Source: Acidimicrobiales bacterium (lineage in GTDB: Bacteria > Actinomycetota > Acidimicrobiia > Acidimicrobiales > AC-9). Taken from it: a stretch of DNA of 48,440 nucleotides. The notes under the pieces are model-generated. The model did not search any database. It was not told the origin of the DNA and saw only the letters and a list, made by a program, of their open reading frames with translations. The DNA is taken from assembly GCA_051984395.1 (NCBI GenBank), contig JBPYEZ010000124.1, positions 1 through 48,440 of the forward strand, read 5' to 3'. Below are positions 26,952 through 34,931 of this stretch, one piece after another; within the stretch, counting starts at the first letter, position 1, and each line of letters begins with the position of its first letter. Both the position numbers and the translations under genes were made by a program.

Positions 26952-28640
26952 CTAGTGCAGGCGAAGCTCGCGCTGGCGGGCGGGCCCGGCGAGCGCCTCC
27001 TCGACCAGCAGGAACCGCTGGACCTTCCCGTCCCTGGTGAGCGGGAGCACCGAGCGGACGCGGACGTGATCGGGCACCTTGTGGGCGGCCAGGCGTGCTC
27101 GACAGTGGGCGATGACCTCGCGCGGCGTGCATGTCGATCCCGCCGCGACGGTGACGAAGGCCCACACCTGCTCACCCGACGGGCCACCCGGAACGCCCAC
27201 CACGGCGCTGCGTTCGATCGCCGGCAGGCGGGCGAGCACCTGCTCGATCTCCTCGGGGTAGACGTTCTGGCTGCCGCGCACGATCATGTCGCTCTTGCGG
27301 CCGACGATCCGCACGTTGCCGCGCCCGTCCACGGTGGCCAGGTCGCCGGTGCTGAACCACCGCTCCTCGTCCCCCTCGTCGGCCGGGGCGCCCACCAGGC
27401 CCAGGTAGCCCGACATCGCGCTCGGCGCCCTGCAGCGCAGCTCGCCGACCTCGCCGACGCGCACCCGGCGACCGTCGTCGCCCACGACCTCGACCTCGGC
27501 GCCGGGAAACGGACGTCCGACGGTGCCGGTCTGCACCTCGACCGGGTCCTCCAGCCTGCTCACGAGCACGCCGCCGCCCAGCTCGGTGGAGCCGTAGCCG
27601 ATGCTCACGGCACAGCCGAACCGCTCTCGCACCCGGTGCGCCAGCCGCGGCGACACCGGGCCACCGCCCAGGCCGACGACCACCAGCGAGGATGGGTCGA
27701 AGGAGCCGGCCGACCGCACGGCCAGCACGAGCTCGGCCATGGACGGCGTGGCCGCGAGGATGTTGACCCGCTCGCGCTGGATCAGCTCCAACGCCACCCG
27801 GGGGTGGAAGGACGGCACGGTCACCAGGCGGTGGCCCCCCAGCAGCGCGCCCAGGAGCACCTGATGGCCCGACACCGAGCTGAAGGCGATGGGCGTCATC
27901 CAGACCTGCTGTCCTCGGGCCCGCACGAGACGGCGGCCGTACCGGCGGAGGATCGTGGCCAGCCGGCGAGCGCGCTCGCCGATGGTCCCGTCGAAGAAGC
28001 TGGCGTGCAGGCGATGCAGGGCCATGGTCGAGGCGACGACGGTGCGGTGCGAATGGGCGACCAGCTTGGGGCGTCCGGTCGTTCCCGACGTGCAGAACAC
28101 CACGGCCAGGTCGCGAGGTGCGGCTGACCCTGCGTCCGGCAGCCCCGGCGATCCGCCGGACGACCCGTCGTCCTTCCACCTCGAGAGCCCGTCGTCGCCC
28201 ACGACGAGCGTCCGGTCGGGCCCGACGAGCGACGCGGCCACCGCCTCGAATGATCGCTCCGTCGCATCGTCCCGGTGGTCGCCGGCGACGACGACGGTCC
28301 CGACCCCCGCGGCGGCGACCATCTCGGTCAGCTCGTCGGGCGTCGACCGCACGTCGAGGTGGACCACCACCGCGCCAAGGCGCCAGACCCCGAAGATCGC
28401 CTGCACGAACGGGTCGCCGTTCGCCAGCAGCAGGGCCACCCGGTCTCCACTCCGTACTCCCCTGCCAGCGAGGGTCCGCGCCAGACGGTCGGCACCGGCA
28501 CGGATCCCGGCCAGGTCCCGCCGGTGGTCTCCGCAGACGAAGGCGACGCCTCGAGGGCTGGCGTCGACGGCGGCGTCGAGGGCCTGCGTCAGGTTCATCC
28601 CGGCCCGCAACGTCGAGCCGCTCGGCCCGGTCGACCTCAT
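26952..28640 (-). CDS. Class I adenylate-forming enzyme (acyl-CoA/acyl-ACP ligase)
   Basis: CTSGTTGRPK, GYGSTE, FSTGDL, IVGRKSDMIVRG, LPLTRDGKVQR; ATGA overlap with P450. Confidence 0.9.
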   Translation of the reverse strand: MRSTGPSGSTLRAGMNLTQALDAAVDASPRGVAFVCGDHRRDLAGIRAGADRLARTLAGRGVRSGDRVALLLANGDPFVQAIFGVWRLGAVVVHLDVRSTPDELTEMVAAAGVGTVVVAGDHRDDATERSFEAVAASLVGPDRTLVVGDDGLSRWKDDGSSGGSPGLPDAGSAAPRDLAVVFCTSGTTGRPKLVAHSHRTVVASTMALHRLHASFFDGTIGERARRLATILRRYGRRLVRARGQQVWMTPIAFSSVSGHQVLLGALLGGHRLVTVPSFHPRVALELIQRERVNILAATPSMAELVLAVRSAGSFDPSSLVVVGLGGGPVSPRLAHRVRERFGCAVSIGYGSTELGGGVLVSRLEDPVEVQTGTVGRPFPGAEVEVVGDDGRRVRVGEVGELRCRAPSAMSGYLGLVGAPADEGDEERWFSTGDLATVDGRGNVRIVGRKSDMIVRGSQNVYPEEIEQVLARLPAIERSAVVGVPGGPSGEQVWAFVTVAAGSTCTPREVIAHCRARLAAHKVPDHVRVRSVLPLTRDGKVQRFLLVEEALAGPARQRELRLH

Positions 28641-29851
28641 GCGGCTCGCGGCCCGAGCCGGACCCGCAGATGACTGGGCGAGCGCACGACCTGTCCGGTC
28701 ATCACCGGAGGCTCGCCCGCCAGCGCCATCTCGGGGAAGCGAGCGAGGAGGGCCGAGAGCGCCGTCCCGAGCTCCGCCCGACCGAGATGGCTGCCGACGC
28801 AGTGGTGAGGTCCGTAGCCAAAGGCGAAGTGGTCGGTCGGCGAACGGGCGAGGTCGAACCGCTCGGGGTCCACATAGCACGCGTCGTCCCGGTTGGCCGA
28901 TCCGATGTGGGCGAGCACCAGCGACCCGGCCGGGACGGGCGTGCCCGCGACCTGGGTGTCGGCAGCGACGCTCCGACACGTCCACTGCATCGGGGCCTCC
29001 CAGCGCAATCCTTCTTCGATCGCCCCGGACAGGAGCGCGGGATCGGCGCGGAGTCGGCGCAGCTGGTCGGGATGAGCCAGCAGGGCGTAGACGATGTTGC
29101 TCAGCGCCGGACCGGTCGTCTCGGTCCCCGCCCACACCAGCAGGGTCAGCAGCGAGAGGGCCTCGGCGTCGGTCAGCGGCCCTCCGTCGATCTCGGCGTT
29201 CACCACCTCGCTGATGAGGTCAGCCCCTGGATGGCGACGCCGGTCGACGATCGCCGCCGCCAGCAGGGTGCGCAGGGCGCGCGCCGCCCGCACCGAGGGA
29301 ATGGGCCGGTCCATGAACCCAGCGATGGCGCTCGAGAGCTCGCCCAGGGCTGGAGCGACGTCGGGTGGCAGCCCCATCATCCGCGACAGGGCGAGCACCG
29401 GCAGCCGGTCGCAGACCGCCGTGGCGAGGTCGACCACCTCACGGTCGGCGAGATCGTCCAGCGCCTCGCCGAGGGCCGGGCGGACCGCGTTCGCCGTCAG
29501 CTCGGGGAGGCGGCTCGGGCCCAGCATTCCGGCCAGCAGTCGGCGGTACGGGCGACGCGCGTCCATGTCGAGGCTGATCATCGTTCGCCGTCCCAGCACC
29601 GCTCCGTAACGATCCTTCACCACGTCGAGGGTGAACGTGTCCTGGTCCCGTAGCACCCGAGCCACGTCGTCGTGGCGGTAGACGGCGTACATGCCGACGG
29701 GACGGCCGTTCGGACGGGGCGCCAGGTACTGAACCGGATCTCGCCTCCGCCGCTCGGCGAGCTCGCGGTGGTACCCGTCCTCGTTCACCACGTCGAAGCG
29801 GAACCAGTCACGCGAGGTCCGCTCGGTCGTGGCGGATCGACGCATCGTCAC
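28637..29851 (-). CDS. Cytochrome P450
   Basis: I-helix AGTETT, EEGLRW (ExxR), SANRD, FGYGPHHCVG heme motif; GTG 29851 (GTGA overlap) or ATG 29845. Confidence 0.94.
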   Translation of the reverse strand: MTMRRSATTERTSRDWFRFDVVNEDGYHRELAERRRRDPVQYLAPRPNGRPVGMYAVYRHDDVARVLRDQDTFTLDVVKDRYGAVLGRRTMISLDMDARRPYRRLLAGMLGPSRLPELTANAVRPALGEALDDLADREVVDLATAVCDRLPVLALSRMMGLPPDVAPALGELSSAIAGFMDRPIPSVRAARALRTLLAAAIVDRRRHPGADLISEVVNAEIDGGPLTDAEALSLLTLLVWAGTETTGPALSNIVYALLAHPDQLRRLRADPALLSGAIEEGLRWEAPMQWTCRSVAADTQVAGTPVPAGSLVLAHIGSANRDDACYVDPERFDLARSPTDHFAFGYGPHHCVGSHLGRAELGTALSALLARFPEMALAGEPPVMTGQVVRSPSHLRVRLGPRAA

Positions 29852-30387
29852 GGTGAGCTGGTCGAGACCAACCCCTGGGCCACGGACTGGAGCTCCGACG
29901 CACTGATGCCGACTCCCTCCAGCTGGAACCGGTTGCAGGGCATGTTCTGCTCGCCGGCGGGGTAGCTGAAGGCGACGCGCGGGCCGGGCGCGCCTGCGCC
30001 GGCCGGAAAGAGGGTCGCCTGCTGGCCCAGCACCGTCACCACCTGGAGCGGCACCGCGCCGTGGCTGTACAGGCTCAGGCTGAAGGCCTGCGGATCGACA
30101 CCGCGGGTGAGATCGACCCGACGCCCGCCGTTCTGGGCCACGGCCACGGTCTCTCCGACTCCCAGTGCCCGCGTTCCGCCCGACGCGACGGCGAGCCCGA
30201 ACGGCAGGGCCCTGGTGCGAAAGCCGACTGCTCCGCACTGGCCCGCCGCAGGCGTGATCGATGTCGATGTCGGCGACGTGGCGACGACCGACTTCACCCT
30301 GGTGCCTTCCGAGAGGACGAGCGGTACGACGATCGCCGCCGTCACCACGGCGAGGGCGAGGAGCGCAGCGGCTAGGCGGGTCCGCAC
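29848..30387 (-). CDS. Membrane-anchored/secreted hypothetical protein
   Basis: N-terminal hydrophobic helix (RLAAALLALAVVTAAIVVPLVL), Ser/Thr linker, globular domain with two Cys ending GISASELQSVAQGL. Confidence 0.7.
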   Translation of the reverse strand: MRTRLAAALLALAVVTAAIVVPLVLSEGTRVKSVVATSPTSTSITPAAGQCGAVGFRTRALPFGLAVASGGTRALGVGETVAVAQNGGRRVDLTRGVDPQAFSLSLYSHGAVPLQVVTVLGQQATLFPAGAGAPGPRVAFSYPAGEQNMPCNRFQLEGVGISASELQSVAQGLVSTSSP

Positions 30388-30632
30388 GCTGCCCTTCGGT
30401 AGCTCTGATAGACGTCGCCGAGCGTCTCCCACTCCGGGACCTCGTCGTCGGCGAGCTCCACGCCGAGCTCCTCGACGACGAGCAGGATCTCGAGGATCCG
30501 CAGCGAGTCGAGGCCCAGGTCTGCCAGGAGGGACGTCTCCCTGCCGAACGTCCCGTCCCATTCCAGCTCGTCGGCCAGATGACGATAGAAGTCGAGCTCG
30601 ACGACGGCCTGGTCGGTTGCCCTCGACGTCAT
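30372..30632 (-). CDS. Acyl carrier protein (86 aa)
   Basis: MTSRATDQAVVELDFYRHLADELEWDGTFGRETSLLADLGLDSLRILEILLVVEELGVELADDEVPEWETLGDVYQSYRRAACGPA: acidic, DLGLDSL phosphopantetheine site, ETLGDV helix IV; ATGA overlap with GNAT. Confidence 0.88.
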   Translation of the reverse strand: MTSRATDQAVVELDFYRHLADELEWDGTFGRETSLLADLGLDSLRILEILLVVEELGVELADDEVPEWETLGDVYQSYRRAACGPA

Positions 30633-31318
30633 CGCTCGTCGCCTCCCTCCGACGCCCTCGACCCTCGTCGGGCCAGGAGCCTGGCGATGGCACCGCGTTC
30701 CCAGTCGGCCCGGTAGACCGCGGCGATGTGCAGGTCCCAGTACCGGCCCTGGTAGAACTCGTGGTCCCGCAGGCACCCTTCCTCCCGGAACACGCGCTGG
30801 ACGCCGCTGGCGACGGCGCCCCAGGTGAAGGCGAGGGACTCGGCGTAGAGCTTGCGGAAGCTCCACGTGGCGAAGAGATAGGTGATGAACAGGGCCCCGG
30901 CCTCGACCCCCCACCCTCTCCCCATGGCGGGCGGGCTCATCAGCACGGCCACGTGGGCGAACCCGCTCTTCAGGTCGGCGGAGTGGGCCACCACGAAGCC
31001 CACCGGCTCGCCGGTCGCCACGTCGCAGACGATGAGCTGGACGAGGATGCCGGCCCACAGCTCCCGGAGGAAGGCGTCGTAGGCGGGGACGGCGCCGCGA
31101 TAGCGCCACCGGAAGCCGACCTCGGGAGACACGGCCAGGCTGTAGAGGAAGCCGTAGTCCTCGGGGTAGACCGGACGCAGCATCACCCGCCGGCCTGTCA
31201 TGGGCGGAGGCTCGGTCACCGCGGGCGCCGTGGCCTGCTCCCGCCAGCCGTCGGTGCCCGCATGCGAGCCGTCTCCGCCACCGGGATCGATGACCCGCTC
31301 GTCCATGCCCCGCGTCAT
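30629..31318 (-). CDS. GNAT acyltransferase (RimJ/RimL-like)
   Basis: VMLRPVYPED, GEPVGFV, AMGRGWGVEA, FRKLYAE, FREEGCLRDH..YQGRYWD; ATGA overlap with MauE. Confidence 0.87.
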   Translation of the reverse strand: MTRGMDERVIDPGGGDGSHAGTDGWREQATAPAVTEPPPMTGRRVMLRPVYPEDYGFLYSLAVSPEVGFRWRYRGAVPAYDAFLRELWAGILVQLIVCDVATGEPVGFVVAHSADLKSGFAHVAVLMSPPAMGRGWGVEAGALFITYLFATWSFRKLYAESLAFTWGAVASGVQRVFREEGCLRDHEFYQGRYWDLHIAAVYRADWERGAIARLLARRGSRASEGGDER

Positions 31319-32181
31319 CGGTCGCCGCTCCGCATCTCCTCGCGCAGCAGCACCGACTCCTCCTGTTCGTCCACCACGGCGACGGTCCGCGTGCGGACGA
31401 AGGGATCGAGCGGTATCCCGAACACCACGGTCGCCTGCGCCCCGTGGTAGCTGCCAGGGAACGTGGCGAACTCCCAGCATCCCTCCCGCCAGACGTCGGA
31501 CGCCCGGTCGGCGCGCAGGTAGCTCGAGACCCTTCCCCACAGCGGCGTCTCGGACAACCACTCCGTCTCCGGAGCGGGAGGTCCAGCCGCCTTGGCGCAG
31601 TCCTCGCCCAACCGCCATCGTGCGAGGGTCCACCGCGCCCGCCGAACCCAACCGCCAGCGACGGGCGCGAACTCGTTCCGCTCGGGGGACACGAGCACCA
31701 GCGCGACAAGCTCCACTGCGACCAGGGTCCACACGCCCGTACGCCAGCCCGCCGTGGTCCACCCCTCGCCTGCCGCCAATGCCACCAGGCAGGCGCCGAG
31801 GAGCAGCCCGGTCCGCAGGATGGACTGCCACCAGACCCCGGCGCGGCTCAGTCGCCCGAAGCAACCGCACGGCGACCCGGGCCGTGCCCGGCGCCCGACT
31901 GCGATGTAGACCAACCCGGAGCCGAGGAGCACGGCGGCGCCGGCGAGGGGCCACGCCCGGCCGGGGAGGACGAGGACGCACAGCCCAATCGCCAGCTCGG
32001 TCAGGGCGACCACCCTCCAGGCCAGCCTCGAGCGAGTCGGCGACCCCACCAGCGCGGTCAGCGCCGACGACCGAACGAGCTCTTTCAGTGTCCCGGCGGG
32101 AAGCTTCGCCACTCCGGCGACCACGAGCACGAGCCCGATGACCACTGCCTGGGCGCTGGCCAAGGACCGGATCGTCGTCAC
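31315..32181 (-). CDS. MauE/DoxX-family redox-associated membrane protein
   Basis: VLVVAGVAKL, ELAIG, PGSPCGCFG, SILRTGLL; about 5 TM helices plus a soluble C-terminal domain. Confidence 0.82.
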   Translation of the reverse strand: MTTIRSLASAQAVVIGLVLVVAGVAKLPAGTLKELVRSSALTALVGSPTRSRLAWRVVALTELAIGLCVLVLPGRAWPLAGAAVLLGSGLVYIAVGRRARPGSPCGCFGRLSRAGVWWQSILRTGLLLGACLVALAAGEGWTTAGWRTGVWTLVAVELVALVLVSPERNEFAPVAGGWVRRARWTLARWRLGEDCAKAAGPPAPETEWLSETPLWGRVSSYLRADRASDVWREGCWEFATFPGSYHGAQATVVFGIPLDPFVRTRTVAVVDEQEESVLLREEMRSGDR

Positions 32182-32200
32182 GTGACGCCGCCCGGTCCGC

Positions 32201-33283
32201 TCAGGCGCCCACGGTGGTCGGGAAGCATCCCTGCTCGGGTGGGTAGAAGCGGGCGAACGTGGGCTTGGTGAGATCGACGACCACACCCGTGCCCGAGCAA
32301 CCGGGGATGCTGCAGGTGCTGCCACACAGACCGAGGTTCTGCGCCGGACCACAGTCGACGACCTGGATCGATGTCTCACCCTGGCCACATGGCGTGATCG
32401 TGAAGCTGGACCCGCAGGACAGGAAGGTCTGGTCCTTGCAGCCCGAGGAGCAGCTGCAGCAGCTGTTGCCGCAGAACCCGCAGCCCGCGTCCAGCGCGGG
32501 CCACGCCGCCTGGTTGTTCTTCGACGTGTTGCAGGTACCGCAGCGACCGGCGCTGTTCGGACAGTCGAACCAGGTGGCGTAGCCCTTGAACGATGGATCG
32601 CCCTGAGACGCCGCCACCGCGGGGGTCGCGCGCTGCACGGCGGCCAGCCTCGGATCGCTGTACAGCAGGGTGCTCGCCACGATGCGCTGTCCGGAACGGA
32701 GGCCGATGACGTCGACGTGGGTTCCCGGGACCATAGACGGGCGGTTGGCGTGCAGCTGCCCAGACATGTGGTCGCCGCTGCCGTACCGGGTGGCGTCGTT
32801 CACCCCGATGACGACGTCTCGGAGCGCGTGGTCGTGCACGTCCCCGGCCTGGATGGTGTAGCCGGACCGGGATGCCTGGCTCACCGTGCCGTGGGCGCGG
32901 GTGAGGTTGGCCCAGCCGCGCCCGATCGTCCAGTCGCTCGCCAGCTTGATCAGCAAGGCGTCCCCAGCCTGGATCTCGTCCATTGCCACCTCGCCGCCGC
33001 GCCAGAATGTCGAGGCCCGGGTGGTCGCAAGTCGATGAACTCTGCCGTCCACCGACAAGTCGATGTGACCGGGCACCACTCCGGCGACCGTGCCCTCGAA
33101 GGTCGTATACGAGTCCGGCACCATTCCACCGGAAGTGGGCAGCGGCATGTGCTGCTTTTCGAGATAATCCCTGACCGGAGCGGGCAGCACGACGGCGGCC
33201 ATCCCCAGGGCCGCGCCCATCATGACCTCCCGGCGCGAGACAGCTGACCGCCCTGCGGCCTGCGGCCATCTTCGCTCCGGCAC
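32201..33283 (-). CDS. Tat-signal protein: tandem beta-rich (OB-like) domains + Cys-rich RlpA/expansin-like DPBB domain
   Basis: SRREVMMGAALG twin-Arg signal; GTG 33283 with GAGGGGG RBS; C-terminal GYATWF..CG..AAWP..CG..VVDCGP..VVDLTKPTFARF with 16 Cys. Confidence 0.75.
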   Translation of the reverse strand: MPERRWPQAAGRSAVSRREVMMGAALGMAAVVLPAPVRDYLEKQHMPLPTSGGMVPDSYTTFEGTVAGVVPGHIDLSVDGRVHRLATTRASTFWRGGEVAMDEIQAGDALLIKLASDWTIGRGWANLTRAHGTVSQASRSGYTIQAGDVHDHALRDVVIGVNDATRYGSGDHMSGQLHANRPSMVPGTHVDVIGLRSGQRIVASTLLYSDPRLAAVQRATPAVAASQGDPSFKGYATWFDCPNSAGRCGTCNTSKNNQAAWPALDAGCGFCGNSCCSCSSGCKDQTFLSCGSSFTITPCGQGETSIQVVDCGPAQNLGLCGSTCSIPGCSGTGVVVDLTKPTFARFYPPEQGCFPTTVGA

Positions 33284-33362
33284 GGAGATCCCCCCTCGGC
33301 CATGACGAGCCAATAGGTGTCGTCAGCTACCTACAGTACCGTCTCCGCCTCCCCAACCGACG

Positions 33363-33391
33363 ATTGTGCTTCGCGTCACTCAATGTGTCAA
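33363..33391 (-). promoter_or_regulatory. Sigma70-like promoter for the 33283-26952 operon
   Basis: Minus strand TTGACA-17 nt-CACAAT, 80 nt upstream of the GTG start. Confidence 0.65.
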
Positions 33392-33529
33392 CTAGGCCCC
33401 TTTCTGTCCTCTCATTCCGTGCGTCGGGCGACCACGCCATATCTCCACTAGCACGAGCGCAGCGAAGGCGCATTCGCGCATCACGACCACCTTCTCGAGC
33501 ACGCTGCGCCTCCCGGCCTCCGTGTTCGA

Positions 33530-34087
33530 TTACAGGAGCCCGGAGTGTGGAGACTGCTTCACCCTCACCTGCTCGCCGGCGAGCACCCGCTCGCGAATCT
33601 CGTGGAGCGCCCGCCGTCGAGTGACCAGATCGAGCCGGTCGATGAACAGGACGCCGTCCAGGTGATCGGTCTCGTGGGCGAGACACCGCGCCAGTCGCTC
33701 GGTTCCCTCGATGCGGACGGGCTCACCGTGCTGGTCGAGACCCTCGGCGACCACACGACCCGGCCTCGCCAGCTCGTACTCGAGTCCCGGGAGCGAGAGG
33801 CATCCTTCGACGTCCTCGATGGACTCGGCGGACTGCTCGACGAGCACCGGGTTCACGATGTGGCCCATGGTGCCGTACTCGGGCACGGACTCGTCCGTCA
33901 CGACATAGGCGAAGACCCGGAGGCCGACGCCGATCTGCGGAGCGGCCAAGCCCGCCCCAGCGGCGTCGGCGAGCGTCTCGGTGACGTCGGACACCAGACG
34001 GCGGAGCTCGGCGTCGAAGTCGGTGACCGGTCGGGCCACGCTGCGAAGGATTGGATCACCGAAGATGCGGATGGGGCGAATGGCCAC
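33530..34087 (-). CDS. def: Peptide deformylase
   Basis: IRIFGDPILR, GAGLAAPQIG, EGCLSLPG, HETDHLDG. Confidence 0.94.
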   Translation of the reverse strand: MAIRPIRIFGDPILRSVARPVTDFDAELRRLVSDVTETLADAAGAGLAAPQIGVGLRVFAYVVTDESVPEYGTMGHIVNPVLVEQSAESIEDVEGCLSLPGLEYELARPGRVVAEGLDQHGEPVRIEGTERLARCLAHETDHLDGVLFIDRLDLVTRRRALHEIRERVLAGEQVRVKQSPHSGLL

Positions 34088-34241
34088 AGGGGCATCGTCG
34101 CACACGACACTCCGTCGGCGGCTCGGGCCCTCTCGCCGTGGGTCGGTTCCACCACCGGCGGCCGGTCCCTGGGACGGTTGGTCCCCGCCGACGGTCGCCG
34201 CTACGTTCGGGGCCTTGGCTCCCGCCCACCGAGTGTCGTCG

Positions 34242-34697
34242 ATGCGGCCCGTCCAGGCTGCTGCCTGGCTCCTGGCTGCCGCTGCCTGGCTCGTGGCGGC
34301 TGTCGTCCTGGCCGCCTGTGGGAACACCAGCTCGTCCTCATCGCCCACGACGACGACAGCGGTCCCGGTGAGCGCGGCTCGGGCGGTGGGCGCCCTGCAG
34401 TCCAGCCGGCTCGCCATCTGCCAGACGACTCAGGGCGGTCTCGCGCCCGGGATCACTCTTCAGGCCACGAGCCGTCTCGACCTCGACTGTCGGCGGACGG
34501 ACAGGGCCATCTCGATCTACGCCTTCGACGACCCCAACATCGCCTTTGCCGTCGCCGGGGGCGGTGTCGCCAGCGGCGACGACATCTGGCTGGTGGACAA
34601 GCTGACGGTTGCGGGCGTCGCGCTCAGTCCCGCCGAGACGTCGAAGTTCGACACCACGATGCGCTCCCTGGGCGCCCATCGCTACCAGGGCGCCTGA
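34242..34697 (+). CDS. Putative lipoprotein
   Basis: Hydrophobic signal ending in lipobox LAAC, Ser/Thr linker, small domain with two Cys. Confidence 0.72.
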   Translation: MRPVQAAAWLLAAAAWLVAAVVLAACGNTSSSSSPTTTTAVPVSAARAVGALQSSRLAICQTTQGGLAPGITLQATSRLDLDCRRTDRAISIYAFDDPNIAFAVAGGGVASGDDIWLVDKLTVAGVALSPAETSKFDTTMRSLGAHRYQGA

Positions 34698-34733
34698 GCC
34701 CGTCCCGAGGCGCTCGCGCACCGGAACGGCGGG

Positions 34734-34931
34734 CTACCCCAGCGGGTTGTACTGGCAGTAGCCGAAGTTGATCTCCGTGACGGCCACACAGAACCAGGGG
34801 CGTCCGCTGGCGACCGCCTGCGCCGGGGGCGCCGTGGCGGCGCCGGCGGACGCGGCGAGATCGATGGAGACCGTTCCCAATCCCAACGCCATGAGGACAG
34901 CGGAGGCGGCGAGCAGGCTACGACGAATCAC
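34734..34931 (-). CDS. Small secreted peptide (65 aa) with C-X10-C loop
   Basis: AAGGAG RBS, GTGA overlap with ECF stop, Sec signal (RRSLLAASAVLMALGLG..ASAGA), tail WFCVAVTEINFGYCQYNPLG. Confidence 0.75.
   Translation of the reverse strand: MIRRSLLAASAVLMALGLGTVSIDLAASAGAATAPPAQAVASGRPWFCVAVTEINFGYCQYNPLG

Noticed and set aside
27388-27397. GCGCCCACCA matching the tRNA-Val 3' end as a second att site
   Set aside because: Only 10 bp, inside a coding region, in opposite orientation to the tRNA; consistent with chance
31315-33283. Methylamine dehydrogenase (mau) cluster
   Set aside because: Only MauE is present; there is no large subunit, MauD or MauG, and the Cys-rich domain looks DPBB-like rather than MauA-like
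34260-34292. GCTGCCTGGCTC direct repeat in the lipoprotein signal peptide
   Set aside because: Short in-frame duplication (AAWL twice) in a hydrophobic signal; no evidence of a phase-variable tract
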